Positions 11,502 through 23,100 of a stretch of DNA of 64,000 bases are shown in pieces. The stretch is taken from assembly GCA_000004985.1 (NCBI GenBank), contig GG738853.1; one strand, given 5' to 3'. Position 1 is the first letter of the stretch. The number at the start of each line of letters is the position of its first letter. The DNA comes from Naegleria gruberi. Lineage: Eukaryota. The position numbers were made by a program, and so were the translations under genes. The notes under the pieces were generated by a model. It made no database searches, was not told the origin of the DNA, and saw nothing but the letters and a program-made list of their open reading frames with translations.

Positions 11502-13058
11502 AAGTTCTTTCAAACATTCTTGAGCATCAACAACAAACTTTTCTTCAGTGTATCTATCAGCACTCTTTCTGGCATTTTCTTGAATTTCTTTCATTTCTTC
11601 AGTGTGATATCTTGACAAAATATCATTGATTGCTTGTGAGTATTCCTTTTCAGTTTCAGCCAAGAAACCAGTCTTGTTTGGAGTGACGATATCAGATTTT
11701 GGTCCTCCAGAATTGTGCGAAAGAGTTATCAAACCAGCAGCCATATATTCAACAACACAAATTCCAAAATGTTCATTCCACATTGAGTGAATTCCTATCA
11801 TAGATTCACCAAGCTTTTCTAATAATTGAGAGAATGGAGCGTTAGTGATAATTTCAAATTGGGATGATGGAATTTCCATATCTTGTGCAAGTTTTTTAAG
11901 ATAGTCAACTCTTGCACTATCTTCTTCATTTCTACAACCTCCCAACAGAATAAGTTTGACATCCTTTTTAGAAATTCTTGTACTTCCTCCCAAATCATAT
12001 TCTTCATTTTTTAAGAATGAAGAGAATGCTCTAACTTGCAGAGCATGATCCTTTTCAGGTCTAAATTGACCAACGGACAAAATGTATGGCTTTCTTGTTT
12101 CATGAGCTAATGGAACAGTTGTTAAATGATCAACATTGCATGGAGGATAGACAATTTCAATATTCAAACGAGATTTTTTGATCTTTCTATTTCTTAACCA
12201 CCACAATGATTTAACATGTCCATGAGTCCAAGTGGAATTTACCATAACCATATCACAGAAGTATCCAGCAAAGAAGCCATAGAGAGCTGAGAAAATCTTG
12301 TAATAAGTCAATTTAAGACTTGTTTTTAAAGTACTGTTAGTAACACTGTCATCATTATTGTAAGCTGTCACTCTTTTAACAACTCTTTCCAACATATCAG
12401 TACTAATGGTTGGATAATGAGTATAAGATCCAACCTTACATCCAGCCAATTTAGCAACAAAGTAAGTAAATGGCAATCCATGAGTATCAATGAAAACATC
12501 AGGTGTATAGGTGCTAACAGCTTCCCATCCTAACATGATACTTGCCAAGCTTTGTCCAATAAGTGTTAATCTTGCTTTTGAAGCTGCTTCCAATAAATCT
12601 CTATTATATAAAAACACAACTTGAACAGGTCTATCCAATTCAATATTAAAAATCTTTTTAACCTTATCAGTAAGAATTTTTTCATATTGTTCTTCAGTGA
12701 TATTTTGAAAAGTTCCATTTTCATTAAGAGGTTTTCCAGAAAAGAGAACAACATGAACATCATCTCTCAATTGTTGAAGTGCTTTAATTATCCACCACAA
12801 AACACGTTCTCCTCCGGCACATCCTTCACTATATGGATGCATAAAAGCAACAACAGTTTCATCTTTTGGTGTTCGGAATTTACTTCTACAAGCCTTCTTT
12901 ATCGATGGGAAATAATTTACTCTGAGATAAATAATCACAAAAATTAAACTGATCACACTCAACACTGATTGATACCACATCAAATGAAACAGTGATGATT
13001 TTAAAATAAAATCAGGAATAATTCCCGATAGAAAAGTCTCTGGTGAAAAGAAGGTCAT
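11493..13058 (-). CDS. alg11: GDP-Man:Man3GlcNAc2-PP-dolichol alpha-1,2-mannosyltransferase (ALG11-like, GT4).
   Basis: There is an N-terminal TM helix, then HPYSEGCAGGERVLW and a C-terminal GT4 core (EHFGICVVEYMAAGLI). It overlaps the Kelch gene 3' end by 9 bp in convergent orientation. Confidence 0.75.
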   Translation of the reverse strand: MTFFSPETFLSGIIPDFILKSSLFHLMWYQSVLSVISLIFVIIYLRVNYFPSIKKACRSKFRTPKDETVVAFMHPYSEGCAGGERVLWWIIKALQQLRDDVHVVLFSGKPLNENGTFQNITEEQYEKILTDKVKKIFNIELDRPVQVVFLYNRDLLEAASKARLTLIGQSLASIMLGWEAVSTYTPDVFIDTHGLPFTYFVAKLAGCKVGSYTHYPTISTDMLERVVKRVTAYNNDDSVTNSTLKTSLKLTYYKIFSALYGFFAGYFCDMVMVNSTWTHGHVKSLWWLRNRKIKKSRLNIEIVYPPCNVDHLTTVPLAHETRKPYILSVGQFRPEKDHALQVRAFSSFLKNEEYDLGGSTRISKKDVKLILLGGCRNEEDSARVDYLKKLAQDMEIPSSQFEIITNAPFSQLLEKLGESMIGIHSMWNEHFGICVVEYMAAGLITLSHNSGGPKSDIVTPNKTGFLAETEKEYSQAINDILSRYHTEEMKEIQENARKSADRYTEEKFVVDAQECLKELLI

Positions 13059-13487
13059 TTTTTTTGATGTTTCTAATTAATTTAAGATTTGAAAATTTGG
13101 AGATGTATTTAACATAATTTTAGTGGCACGTGTTTGAATGAAAAACACGAATATCAAGATTTTTGTTTTGTTACAGGTGTTTGTGTTGTTGTTCCTTGTT
13201 ATTCCTCACGATGAGGAGATTATTAGCCAATCTTTATGGCTTGACCTTTATCGAACTTTTTTATCAAAAACTCTCAAATTCCAATCAGACCACTCTAGAC
13301 GCTCTACTGCACTCAATCTTAACCCAAATCCTTCAAATGTTGCACAGAGTCCTTAATTGCCTAAAAGTGTGGTCTCAGGTCGTTATTGATACAAGATACT
13401 TTGATAAACTTACACCTTTTATAATCGAAACCTTTCTCTCACCGTTCAACAGACACCAAGTTTAAATTTCGAAGGTTATTATCGTAA

Positions 13488-13559
13488 GGGACCATGGTCT
13501 AGTGGTATGATTCTCGCTTTGGGTGCGAGAGGCCGTGGGTTCGATTCCCACTGGTCCCC
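13488..13559 (+). tRNA. tRNA-Pro (UGG).
   Basis: The 72-nt cloverleaf is GGGACCATGGTCTAGTGGTATGATTCTCGCTTTGGGTGCGAGAGGCCGTGGGTTCGATTCCCACTGGTCCCC. The anticodon loop is TTTGGGT and A and B boxes are present. Confidence 0.85.
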
Positions 13560-13716
13560 TTTCCTTTCATGTAACTTTGAAAATTCCAACTTTAATATGT
13601 TTTGCTTATTGGAATTTTGTATAAAATTCGTGTTATTGCCTTAGTTCAATAAATTTAGTTTAAGGTTTAAATTGAGTTTTTTGGGTACCTCCAATAAAAT
13701 TAATTGTAAAACAATC

Positions 13717-13782
13717 CTCCCATGCCGGGAATTGACCCTCCTGGGTGAAAGCCAGGTATCCTAGCCATTGGACTACACGGGA
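13717..13782 (-). pseudogene. Degenerate tRNA-Glu (UUC) copy, 66 nt, with a 6-nt deletion that removes the 5' half of the T-stem and the B box.
   Basis: It is identical to the intact tRNA-Glu at 31313..31384 except that CCGGGT is missing (GAGGGTCAATTCC versus GAGGTCCGGGTTCAATTCC). The 5' flanks are also conserved. Confidence 0.6.
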
Positions 13783-14211
13783 TCTCATTCACAATGAGAA
13801 TATTCTCATTTTATAGATAAATGCTGAAAACTCTCAGATTTTAGAAAACCTCGAGTTCCCCTCTCAAAATAAGACTCAAAAGCCTTAAAAGAATGGTTAT
13901 ACGATCTTGGTACCTGGTAATAAGTACCATCACTGATATTTATCGAAGTGATGAAAATTTGGGTGTACCCAAACGCCTTAATAAAACAAAAGACTACAGC
14001 ACCACAGGTTCCCAAGTTGTCTCCAACCTCAGTACTGATGTGGCTCGACGATGCTTAACTTCTCAAATCGGACGGGATGAGGTGCATTCATCGTGATATG
14101 GCCGTAGCCATTGATAATATCAAAATCTTAATACTGAATAAGAAACCGAATCTTGTACATTAAACATTAATAAGAATAGCGAACTGTTAATTTACGTAAG
14201 CAAAAAAGGAG

Positions 14212-14277
14212 TAGCAAATCTAGGTTTCGATCCTAGGACCTATGGGTTATGAGCCCATCGCGCTGCGCCAATTTGCT
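14212..14277 (-). pseudogene. tRNA-Met (CAU)-like sequence of 66 nt with a collapsed D-arm. It has initiator-like features (A1:U72, GATCGAAAC T-loop).
   Basis: The reverse complement is AGCAAATTGGCGCAGCGCGATGGGCTCATAACCCATAGGTCCTAGGATCGAAACCTAGATTTGCTA. The anticodon stem-loop and T-arm are intact, but only 6 nt lie between the 5' D-stem and the anticodon stem, about 7 nt too few. Confidence 0.45.
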
Positions 14278-14860
14278 TTTCATTTACCTATTAAAATTTA
14301 GTCCAACTTTCAAGCGGTTTAACATGGCCTTTGAGACTTGATCATATTTCTGATTTGTAAGTGTTTCTATATCCATAGTTATCCAATTACATTATTCAAC
14401 ATTCTATCAATCCTCTCTAATCCTAAACAATCACTTCGAATATTAGTTGACTGCCAAGCTCGAATTTGATTCTTAGTCAACAAAATCAATTTGACCGGTT
14501 TAAAAAGTATTTTCCGGTCCTCTCTTCCACCAATCACTCTCTTTACTGACTCGAAAGACGACGTACCTCACAGTTCATACAGTCAAAGACTGTAGCGGGA
14601 CAGTCGCCATATTCCTGGCAGGCTTCCCGTCTAGTAAAATTAATTGAAAAGTTTCAAATTGTTGTAAATCACAACTACACTGTAAATTTGATTCTTTATT
14701 GTTTTAAAGTTGTGCATTTGAAACTCGTTCTTTACAAAGAAGGAATTCTAATATTAAGGTAAAACTAACTTTAAATAATATTTTCAAATACTATACACTT
14801 AATTAAATTTGAAAATATTATTTATATAAATAATAATGAAAAAAAATAAACAATTGGTAT

Positions 14861-16240
14861 TTACATATTTACAGTTTGTTGATTGACTCGTTGTTGAGCT
14901 TGAATTCTTGTTGAGAAACCGTTGAGTCCTCTCTGTTCAACTCTAAATGAAGTGGCACTACAAGCTAATTTCACACTTTCAAATACTTGTTCGCTTGAAA
15001 ATGAAAGTTTGTTGGAAGTATTTGCTGTTGAATTCCTCACAAGTAACTCAGCAACAAAACAAGATAGAAAAGTATCACCAGCTCCAGTTTCGTCCAAAAC
15101 TCTAACTGGTTTGTAGGAAGAGAAATATTTAACAATTGGTGTTGAACTATTTGATCTCAACCTAGGCAAAGACAATTGAATATTTTCTCCTTCGCAAGCA
15201 CAAACACAACCAGATGATCCCATTGTAACTGTTACAATTGGAAATCCATAATTCTTTTGAATATGGTATGCACATTCTTCAGGTGTCATTTCAGAGCTAT
15301 TTGGAATACATTTCTTTGCTTCATCATGATCTAATTTAATGACTGAAATAATCTTACTCAAAGTTTCCAACACTTCCTCTAAATATTCGATAGTATTATG
15401 AGAAACTTGACCACTTTCTGTATCAATTTTTCTCAAATAACCCTGAATATCAGTACAAACTAGAAAATCTGACTGAATTTCTTTAAAAACCTGATTTGTA
15501 AAAGCATTCACAAAGTGATGATCAAACTCTGCAGCTACTGGAACAAAGAGCAATGCTCTAACTTGATGTAATTCTCTAATCATTAAATTAATTGATTCAT
15601 CTTGTTTGAAAATACTTCCTCTATCTCTACAATTCAAGCTTCTACTGTTAGAAGCATTTTCAAGTGAATCAAATGGAGGATATAATAATTCATATTGAGT
15701 TAATTTAGATGATTGATCTTCCTCAACAAGAATCATGTCAAACATTTTCATTCTTTTTAAATGTTTGGCTTCTGACAGATCAGGTTGGAATGTCTTGTGA
15801 AATTGCTTATTAATTATTGGAGATTCACATGCAACCATTGTTATTGAATCATCTTCATTAGCAGCATGTTCCAACCCATTGAAAAACTGACTCAAAATCA
15901 TCACATCATGTTTTCCAATTTTAGTCAATATTTTAGGATGAATTTTAAAATGTTGATTATTAGAATAATACATTTGATTATCAATATTCTTCATATAATG
16001 TTGAAAGGCTAAACATCCAAACATGACTGATCCTCCGAGTGATTTGTTGACTATTTTTCTATATCCTTGATAATGAATTGAATTAGCATCTTCATCGGAA
16101 TTTAATTCTTGTTCAATGTGATGATGTTGTGATGATGAAATACCATTCGGAGTATGTTGGTGATGATCTTTCTCAAAGGTAATAATTGTATCTTGAGTGA
16201 TATTACCAACGAATATTACTTGTTTTTCATTCAACATCAT
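14861..16240 (-). CDS. pfkB-family (ribokinase-like) carbohydrate or nucleoside kinase with a long N-terminal/insert region.
   Basis: The C-terminal region ...VLDETGAGDTFLSCFVAELL carries the pfkB DTxGAGD anion-hole motif, with an upstream GG dipeptide region. It is a single long ORF. Confidence 0.5.
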   Translation of the reverse strand: MMLNEKQVIFVGNITQDTIITFEKDHHQHTPNGISSSQHHHIEQELNSDEDANSIHYQGYRKIVNKSLGGSVMFGCLAFQHYMKNIDNQMYYSNNQHFKIHPKILTKIGKHDVMILSQFFNGLEHAANEDDSITMVACESPIINKQFHKTFQPDLSEAKHLKRMKMFDMILVEEDQSSKLTQYELLYPPFDSLENASNSRSLNCRDRGSIFKQDESINLMIRELHQVRALLFVPVAAEFDHHFVNAFTNQVFKEIQSDFLVCTDIQGYLRKIDTESGQVSHNTIEYLEEVLETLSKIISVIKLDHDEAKKCIPNSSEMTPEECAYHIQKNYGFPIVTVTMGSSGCVCACEGENIQLSLPRLRSNSSTPIVKYFSSYKPVRVLDETGAGDTFLSCFVAELLVRNSTANTSNKLSFSSEQVFESVKLACSATSFRVEQRGLNGFSTRIQAQQRVNQQTVNM

Positions 16241-16731
16241 TTTGGAATATTGACTTGCACCACTTGTTCTTTTTTGATTTAAACGAAGGCAATTTGTTTC
16301 ACTGTGTTTACTTGTTGTCGTTTGCTTCTAGTTTTGGTTTTTTTCTATTAATTACCAATATTCAGTTAAGCGTTTTATATTTATTATTGAGGGACTTTTT
16401 CGTGTACCATAAAATAAGAGGGAGCAACAAGTTTGAACTTTGCAACCGATTTTTCAAATGTTCATCAAGGTTTTCTCAAAGTGTGATTGTGGGCCTAGTA
16501 ACTTGTATCTCTTCAATATGAAATAATGTTGGAAGAAGGTTGTTTAGCTATTGAGATCTATTCTTAACTCAATTAGAATCTAATTCTTATTTTATATTTA
16601 TGATAATAATAGGAGTATTGAAGTGTCAGTGTAAAGGCAGAGAAAGAAAGTTTACAATAATTTATACAATAGCTATTCCATTTACTAATCCAATTTTTGA
16701 CAAAATTTTAGAAATTTAATAATCAAAATAA

Positions 16732-17565
16732 ATGAAATTTATTAAAAAAATGTCTGAAAATAATCTGTTGATTGTTCACGCCTTGAGGAAGACTAATAGC
16801 AGCAGCGATAATGCTACTGTAGAATATACACAAGAGGAAATTTTAGAACAAGTGATCGGGATTGATAATTTTGTGAAGGAGAATAATATTAAATTAAAAT
16901 TACAAACTAAATATTATAGTGCTGATATTAATATACATTTTTGGAATGTTGAAAAGGAGAGTGTTTGTCCTTTTGATTGGAAAAGTTCTTCCGTGCAAGT
17001 GATTGTTGGTATTCCTGATTATCAATCGGATATGGTTTTGGAAGCAATTTTAAAATATAGTAATGAGATTGAATCTGGTTTTATTTATCATTTAGAACAA
17101 CCAAATGAAAAACTGGCAAAAGAATCACAATCTTGGTGTGTTGATAACAATTTTGAAATGGTTGTGAAAAATTTTACTGAAGAAAAAACTGATAATGGAA
17201 TTATTGAGGAGAAACAAGGTATTAAACGATTGATGGAAGCTATTGAATGTACAATGTGGCCAGCAATGAATAGAATTGATCCAAAGGCAGTAAAGGCTCA
17301 ACAAGAATCTTCCAAGAAAGAAGAGAAGCCAATCGAACAAATCAAAGATGCTAAAGAATTATTAGGCAGTGAAGCTGAAATTGTGGAAGAGGATGAAAAA
17401 GAAATTGAATCATTCGAACGTCTAATGCATGAAATTCTCAATATTAGAAAGGATAGTAAAACTATTGGAGATGATGAAAGAAAGAAGAGAGCTGAATTGG
17501 CCACCCTCAAACTCTTGTCAATGATGGGAGATGAAGATGAGTATTTATCTGATGAGGATTATTAA
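16732..17565 (+). CDS. Alpha- and gamma-adaptin-binding protein p34 (AAGAB) homolog.
   Basis: KYYSADINIHFWNV matches the AAGAB core NKYYSADINLCVV. The acidic C-terminus FERLMHEIL...DEDEYLSDEDY resembles the AAGAB tail. Confidence 0.5.
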   Translation: MKFIKKMSENNLLIVHALRKTNSSSDNATVEYTQEEILEQVIGIDNFVKENNIKLKLQTKYYSADINIHFWNVEKESVCPFDWKSSSVQVIVGIPDYQSDMVLEAILKYSNEIESGFIYHLEQPNEKLAKESQSWCVDNNFEMVVKNFTEEKTDNGIIEEKQGIKRLMEAIECTMWPAMNRIDPKAVKAQQESSKKEEKPIEQIKDAKELLGSEAEIVEEDEKEIESFERLMHEILNIRKDSKTIGDDERKKRAELATLKLLSMMGDEDEYLSDEDY

Positions 17566-17644
17566 ACTACTAAAAGTGTAAATAAAGACTTGTCAGTTGA
17601 CTTTCAAGAATGAAAATTGTTTTGAATATAAATTAATTATTTGT

Positions 17645-19422
17645 TTATCTCATATTTCCCATACCACCCATCATTTGTTGTTGTCTTTGTTGATCGTGTT
17701 GATTTTGTTCACTTTCTGGATTCTTGACAGTTTCATCAACTGACAGAACGAGAGTAGCAGCTTCGATCGAGGAAACGAGAGCATTTCTCTTAATGAGAGA
17801 TGGTTCCCAAACAAAGTTGTTAAAATTATCAGCAACATCTTCAGTCTTCATGTCAACACCATACCAAACACCATCCTTGTCTTGATGCTTCTTTCTCAGC
17901 TTATTCAAAATATTTGTAGCATCAAAACCAGCATTTTCAGATAATTGTCTTGGAATAATTTCAAGAGCTTTAGCGAAGGCCAAAATGATTAATTGAGATT
18001 TACCCTTAATACTTCTAGCATGGCTCTTCAAGTGAGCACTGATATCCATTTCAACAGCACCACCACCAGCAACAATTGATGTATTCTTCAAAGTTCTTCT
18101 GACGACCATGATAGCATCGTGCAATGATCTTTCAGCTTCAGCAATGAATTGTTCAGCACCACCACGCAAAACAACAGTAGCAGTCTTGGAGTGAGCACAT
18201 TCAGTGAAAATGTTAAATCTTTCATTACCAACTTGTCTTTCTTCAAAGAGTCCACAAACACCCAAATCAGAATCATTAACCTTTGAGACAGTAGTCAAAA
18301 TCTTAGAACCAGTAGCCTTTGTGACACGGAGCAAATCATCTTCAGCAACACGACCAGCACAGAAAAGTCCTCTATCAGCAAAGTATTGAGTAGCAAGATC
18401 ACCAATGGCCTTCTTGGAAAGGACAATCTTAGCACCACTAGCAACAATCTTTTCCAATTTATCATAAATAATCTTCCATTCAGCATCAACAATAGATTGA
18501 TATTGTTCTGGGTTATTCAACTTGATTTCAGCGTTATCCTTTTCAGCCTTCAATTCAAGTTCAATATTGAGAGTAATAATTTTAGGAGAAATAAACTTCT
18601 TAGGTTGTTGTTCAAAACCAGCATATGAGAAACTCTTCTTGAAAGCAACACCCTTAACGAGGAAAGATTCTTGCATAGAACCACCTGGAACTTGTTTAAC
18701 ACCAATTAAATCAATATCCAAATCATCATCCAATGAAAGAACAGAATCAACAACCATTTCAGAGAAGTGATCGGATTCAATACCACCAATCAATTTAGAT
18801 GAAAGTGATGTTCTGGCAATCTTTCTAAGAAGGTCTCTAGTCTTGTTATTGTCGGTTTTATCAATTTGTACAGCAATTTCTTCCAATCTCTTCAATGCAA
18901 TTCTAAGAGCTTCTCTATAGGCTTTAATGATGAGTTGTGGATGGACACCTTCTTGTATAAATTGTTTGGCTTCCTTCAAGAATTCACCTGCCAAAATTGT
19001 TGTTGTTGTTGTACCATCACCAACTTCACTATCTTGTGATTTAGCAATATCTACTAAAAGTTTAGCTGCTGGATGGACAACATCCAACAATTTAAGAATA
19101 GTGGCACCGTCGTTTGAGATTGTAGCACGACGACCATCGTGTATAAGTTTATCCATTCCTCTAGGACCAAGAGTGGTCTTAATAACATCAACAATAGCAT
19201 AACAAGCGTCAATGTTTGATAAGAGTTGTCCAACACCTTGTGAGGTATCTGTACCATCCTTCAAGAGGATTATGCTAGGTTGCTATAATAATATTCCAAT
19301 ATTATCAATTTGTTGTTGTTGTATATCGAATGATGATGATGAATCCAACAGTTGTTTTCAAAAGAGTTCAAGAAAGTCATCAAAAGTTTTACATTAAAGT
19401 GAGTGTATAAAATCCGTAACAT
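17645..19422 (-). CDS. cct7: T-complex protein 1 subunit eta (CCT7). The main exon is 19282..17645, and a putative 30-nt first exon is 19422..19393.
   Basis: [13 protein letters not shown]...[26 protein letters not shown]...[20 protein letters not shown] and the C-terminal GGMGNMR are CCT-eta hallmarks. The acceptor TTATTATAG at 19283-19284 gives QPSIILLK. The upstream exon ATGTTACGG...TTTAAT|GTAAAA is inferred only. Confidence 0.8.
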
Positions 19423-20129
19423 TAATAGGATGAATATTTGTTAACAACTACTCATTCTTCTAACATACCATCATATGAGACATTTTGTATTCCTAATCTT
19501 TTTGTTGTTGTATCGATTGTACAAAAGGTAGTACTCTGGAGGTTAATAGCAGGGTACTTATTTTTTTCGGATTTGTTTTCCGTGTTTCTTACAAAAATGA
19601 AGGCAAGATGATGAGAGAACATCAACCTACAAAATGTATGACAAGTTAGTTGTTTGTATTATTATTATTAAATAATAGAATAGGCTTGTATTTTGTATGG
19701 TTGAGTTCAACAAGCATATAATCATGTAGGAGAAATTTTGAAGAGGTTAATGGACACTGTAGGATTAGATGATTTTGAATATTATTATGATGACAATTAT
19801 TGTATTTTAAAATCATATTGTTGTTCTTAATAATAGCTGATCTCTTATTGATAATTTTGAGAACATATAAAATTGTTTAAAAAGATGAAGGTCTTTGATC
19901 AATCATATTTAATATTTATTGCTCTATCGTAAAGGTGATGGAAATAAAATCATCTAATTGTCATCACACAATAAAATCTAATTTAAAAAAAAATTATTGT
20001 GATAAAGACAAGAAAATCATCAACAGTTTGTGAGTGTTTATTGCCGATAAAGAGTTGATCATCACATTGTCATCACATCATCATCAGAACAGAATTGAAA
20101 TTATTTATTATTATTAAAAATAGAAGATA

Positions 20130-23100
20130 ATGGATCAATATCAAATTGAATGGAGAACAGCACCCGTTCCTGTTATTGCTCTTGTAAAAAACAAGAGACT
20201 TCATGATGGATTGATTACATGTATTCAAAATAATATTTCTAGAAAGATTAAAATACTTAGCCTCGAGAATGAAAATGAAATAATCAAACCAAAATCAATT
20301 ACTTCCAAATCAAATATTAATTTGTTTGAAAACTTGAGTATGAACTCAATTTTAATATCAAGTAATGTTACTGCTAATTCCGTTATGAATAGTAGTAGTA
20401 GTAATAATAACCAAATATCGTCACCAGTAGTATTAACAAGTCCACCACCTTTACAACCATCATTATCAAGTTCTTCTATCACTTCATCTTCATCATCTAC
20501 ATCTAAAGATTTACCACCACTTCCTTCACATTTGTTAAATAATAATCCTACTAATAGATTTGAAGGAACTAAACCTGCAGGTATATTTAAACGTGGCTGG
20601 TTTAAAAAACATCAAGAATTGATACCAAGTGTTTGTGTAATTATTGTTCATTGGAAATCAGATGAACATTCTACTTGGCGTGCACAAGAAAGTGAAATTG
20701 CTAAAAAAATCTTAGCTGTAAAGGAAACAAGAACAGGAAAAAACACAAAATTTGTTGCAATAATTGTAACAAAGAAATCAACTCCTGTGAGTGAAGTTCA
20801 AGTTGATCCAAACACTTACATGTCAACTGATGATTTTATTTATAATGTCAGAAAAGCAGCTAATTTGGATAGTAAGAATATTATTTTAATGAAAGAATCT
20901 GAAATTAGTGATGATCAATCTTTTAAAACAAAGCTTACAAAACCTATAAAGGAATCTATTGTAAATTACTATAAGGAACAAATGAATATGGTTAAAAAGT
21001 TTAAGAGTGATATTAACAAAACTACTCAACCATATTATTTTGTAAGACATAGAATGAAAGTGGCATTTTACTATGACATTTTGATGAATAGTGGTTTAAC
21101 TACTCAATCGTCTATTCAAAAGATGATTAAATATCTTACACAGGCATATACAGCACTGCAAAATGTGTCAACTACAGATTTTCTTGTAGAGGAAATCAAA
21201 ACTTTGGGAGATATGCTTAATTTTAAACTTTGTTTTATCAAATTATCAGATAAGAAAATTGATATGGCTGTAAAACAATTTTTGAAACACATTTCATGGT
21301 ACAAATTAATTCATGAGGAGGATTATTCATCTAGCTCTATCGATCAATTTAAATTCCATGCAAGAGTTTATTTGCAATACAGAATGATGGGAGAAATTCT
21401 TGAAAGAATTCCACCAAATTTACTTTCACCTGATCAAAGATATCAAAATCCAGGATTTTATTATCAAGCAGCAGCTACACATGCCAAATATAGAAAAACA
21501 TATGCTTCCAATGTATGTGACCTTCACAAGGAATTGGTAGATTCCATATTTGCAGGCAATGAAGAATTGTTAACAAAAATCAAAATTGAAGATTATCACT
21601 ACTTGACTGGATATTATGGTAAAGTGATTGAAATGCCAGAACTTTCAGAAAAATTGAAGGGAAATACTAACGGTATTAATATTAGAAATATCAGAGATAT
21701 TGCTCGTGAGCTAATTCTTGCTAAACATTCAGAAACTATAATTCAAATGTTAACCAATGCTTACAATCACTTCAATGTTAAAAAAGATTCTCAACTTAAA
21801 AGAATGATGTACTATATTGCAAGCAGTATTGCTAGTGAACATTACGAGTCTGGAAACTATGAGAAGAGTAAAGTTTTCTTTGACAAGATTGCCAAACACT
21901 ACAGAAAAGAACAATGGTATGAACTGTTGACAGTAGTGTTACAGAGATCACTGGAATGTTCAAAACAATTGAAACTTTCAAAACAATTTGTTTTACACGC
22001 TCTTGAATTAATTTCAACTTGTAAGTTTAAATGATATAATACTTTTTAACACTAAAATTTCACAGTAATGACAAATCCACTTCAAGAAAAACATCAACAT
22101 TTGAATGATTTATTATTATTTATTAACACACCTGATCAAGTTATTTTACCTCCATTGTCCTCTCCTGTTGTTATAGATATGGACTCTAAAAATGTTTTAT
22201 TCCAACTTAAAACACAATTCAGTGTTCCTTTTGCATCTGTCTACCAACCAATTCAATTTTCAGTTCAAATCACTTCTTATATTCCTTCTGATTTGAGAAT
22301 TTCATCCTTGACAATTTTGTTCAGTGACAAGGAGTATAATATTCATATTCAAGATGGGCAACCAATTCCAATTCCAACATTACCTGATGCTAAAGTGAAA
22401 GAGAGTAATGGTGTTCAACAAGTTAATGAATCAGCTAGTCAATCTGGTGAACCTTTGGATTTGGTTTTGAAGGCAAACTGTCAACCATGTACTTTTAATT
22501 TCCCACTCATAATTAAGCAAAGACAAGATCTTCAATGTTTAGGAGTTTCACTTTCTCTTAAAGGACCAGTTCCAAACCAAGAAATTAGATTCCAGTGGAA
22601 ATTCTTAGATAATGAATATTTCCTAACACTTTTGAAGAGTTACGATTATAGACTTTTCTACTCTGAGGGATTGTTTGTTGAGAGACCTGTTGTGATTATT
22701 ACAGAACCAGAACCTAATCTTTCTCTTTCGTTTGCTCACTTACCTCCAGCTCTTGTAAATGAATATTATAGTATCAGTAAGTTTTCAAGAATTTGAATTA
22801 TTTTTATTAATCCTTGTAAAGAAATAACATTACATTCCAACGATGATCACGTAACTGAAGGAAGGTTGGTCATTGATAACATTCCATCTGTAGAGATTAC
22901 TCACATCTATCAAGATGAATTGGTTCCACTAACAAGCGAGGGTATCAAAGTGCCAGAAATTGTTGCTAATGGAAGTTACAGCGTTATCATTTTCTTGAAA
23001 TGTGAAAAGCCAGGAATCAACAAACTACAGTGTAGAGTCTCTTACGGAACTAAACTTTATCCACAATTAGAAAGAAGTACATCGTTTGATGTTTCTTGTC

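Noticed and set aside
14595-14640. U1 snRNA-like motif (atattcctggcagg).
   Set aside because: It lacks the obligatory ACUUACCUG 5' end, and the rest does not fit the U1 structure.
19212-19397. Small plus-strand ORF upstream of CCT7.
   Set aside because: It overlaps the inferred CCT7 first intron and exon on the opposite strand and has no coding signal.
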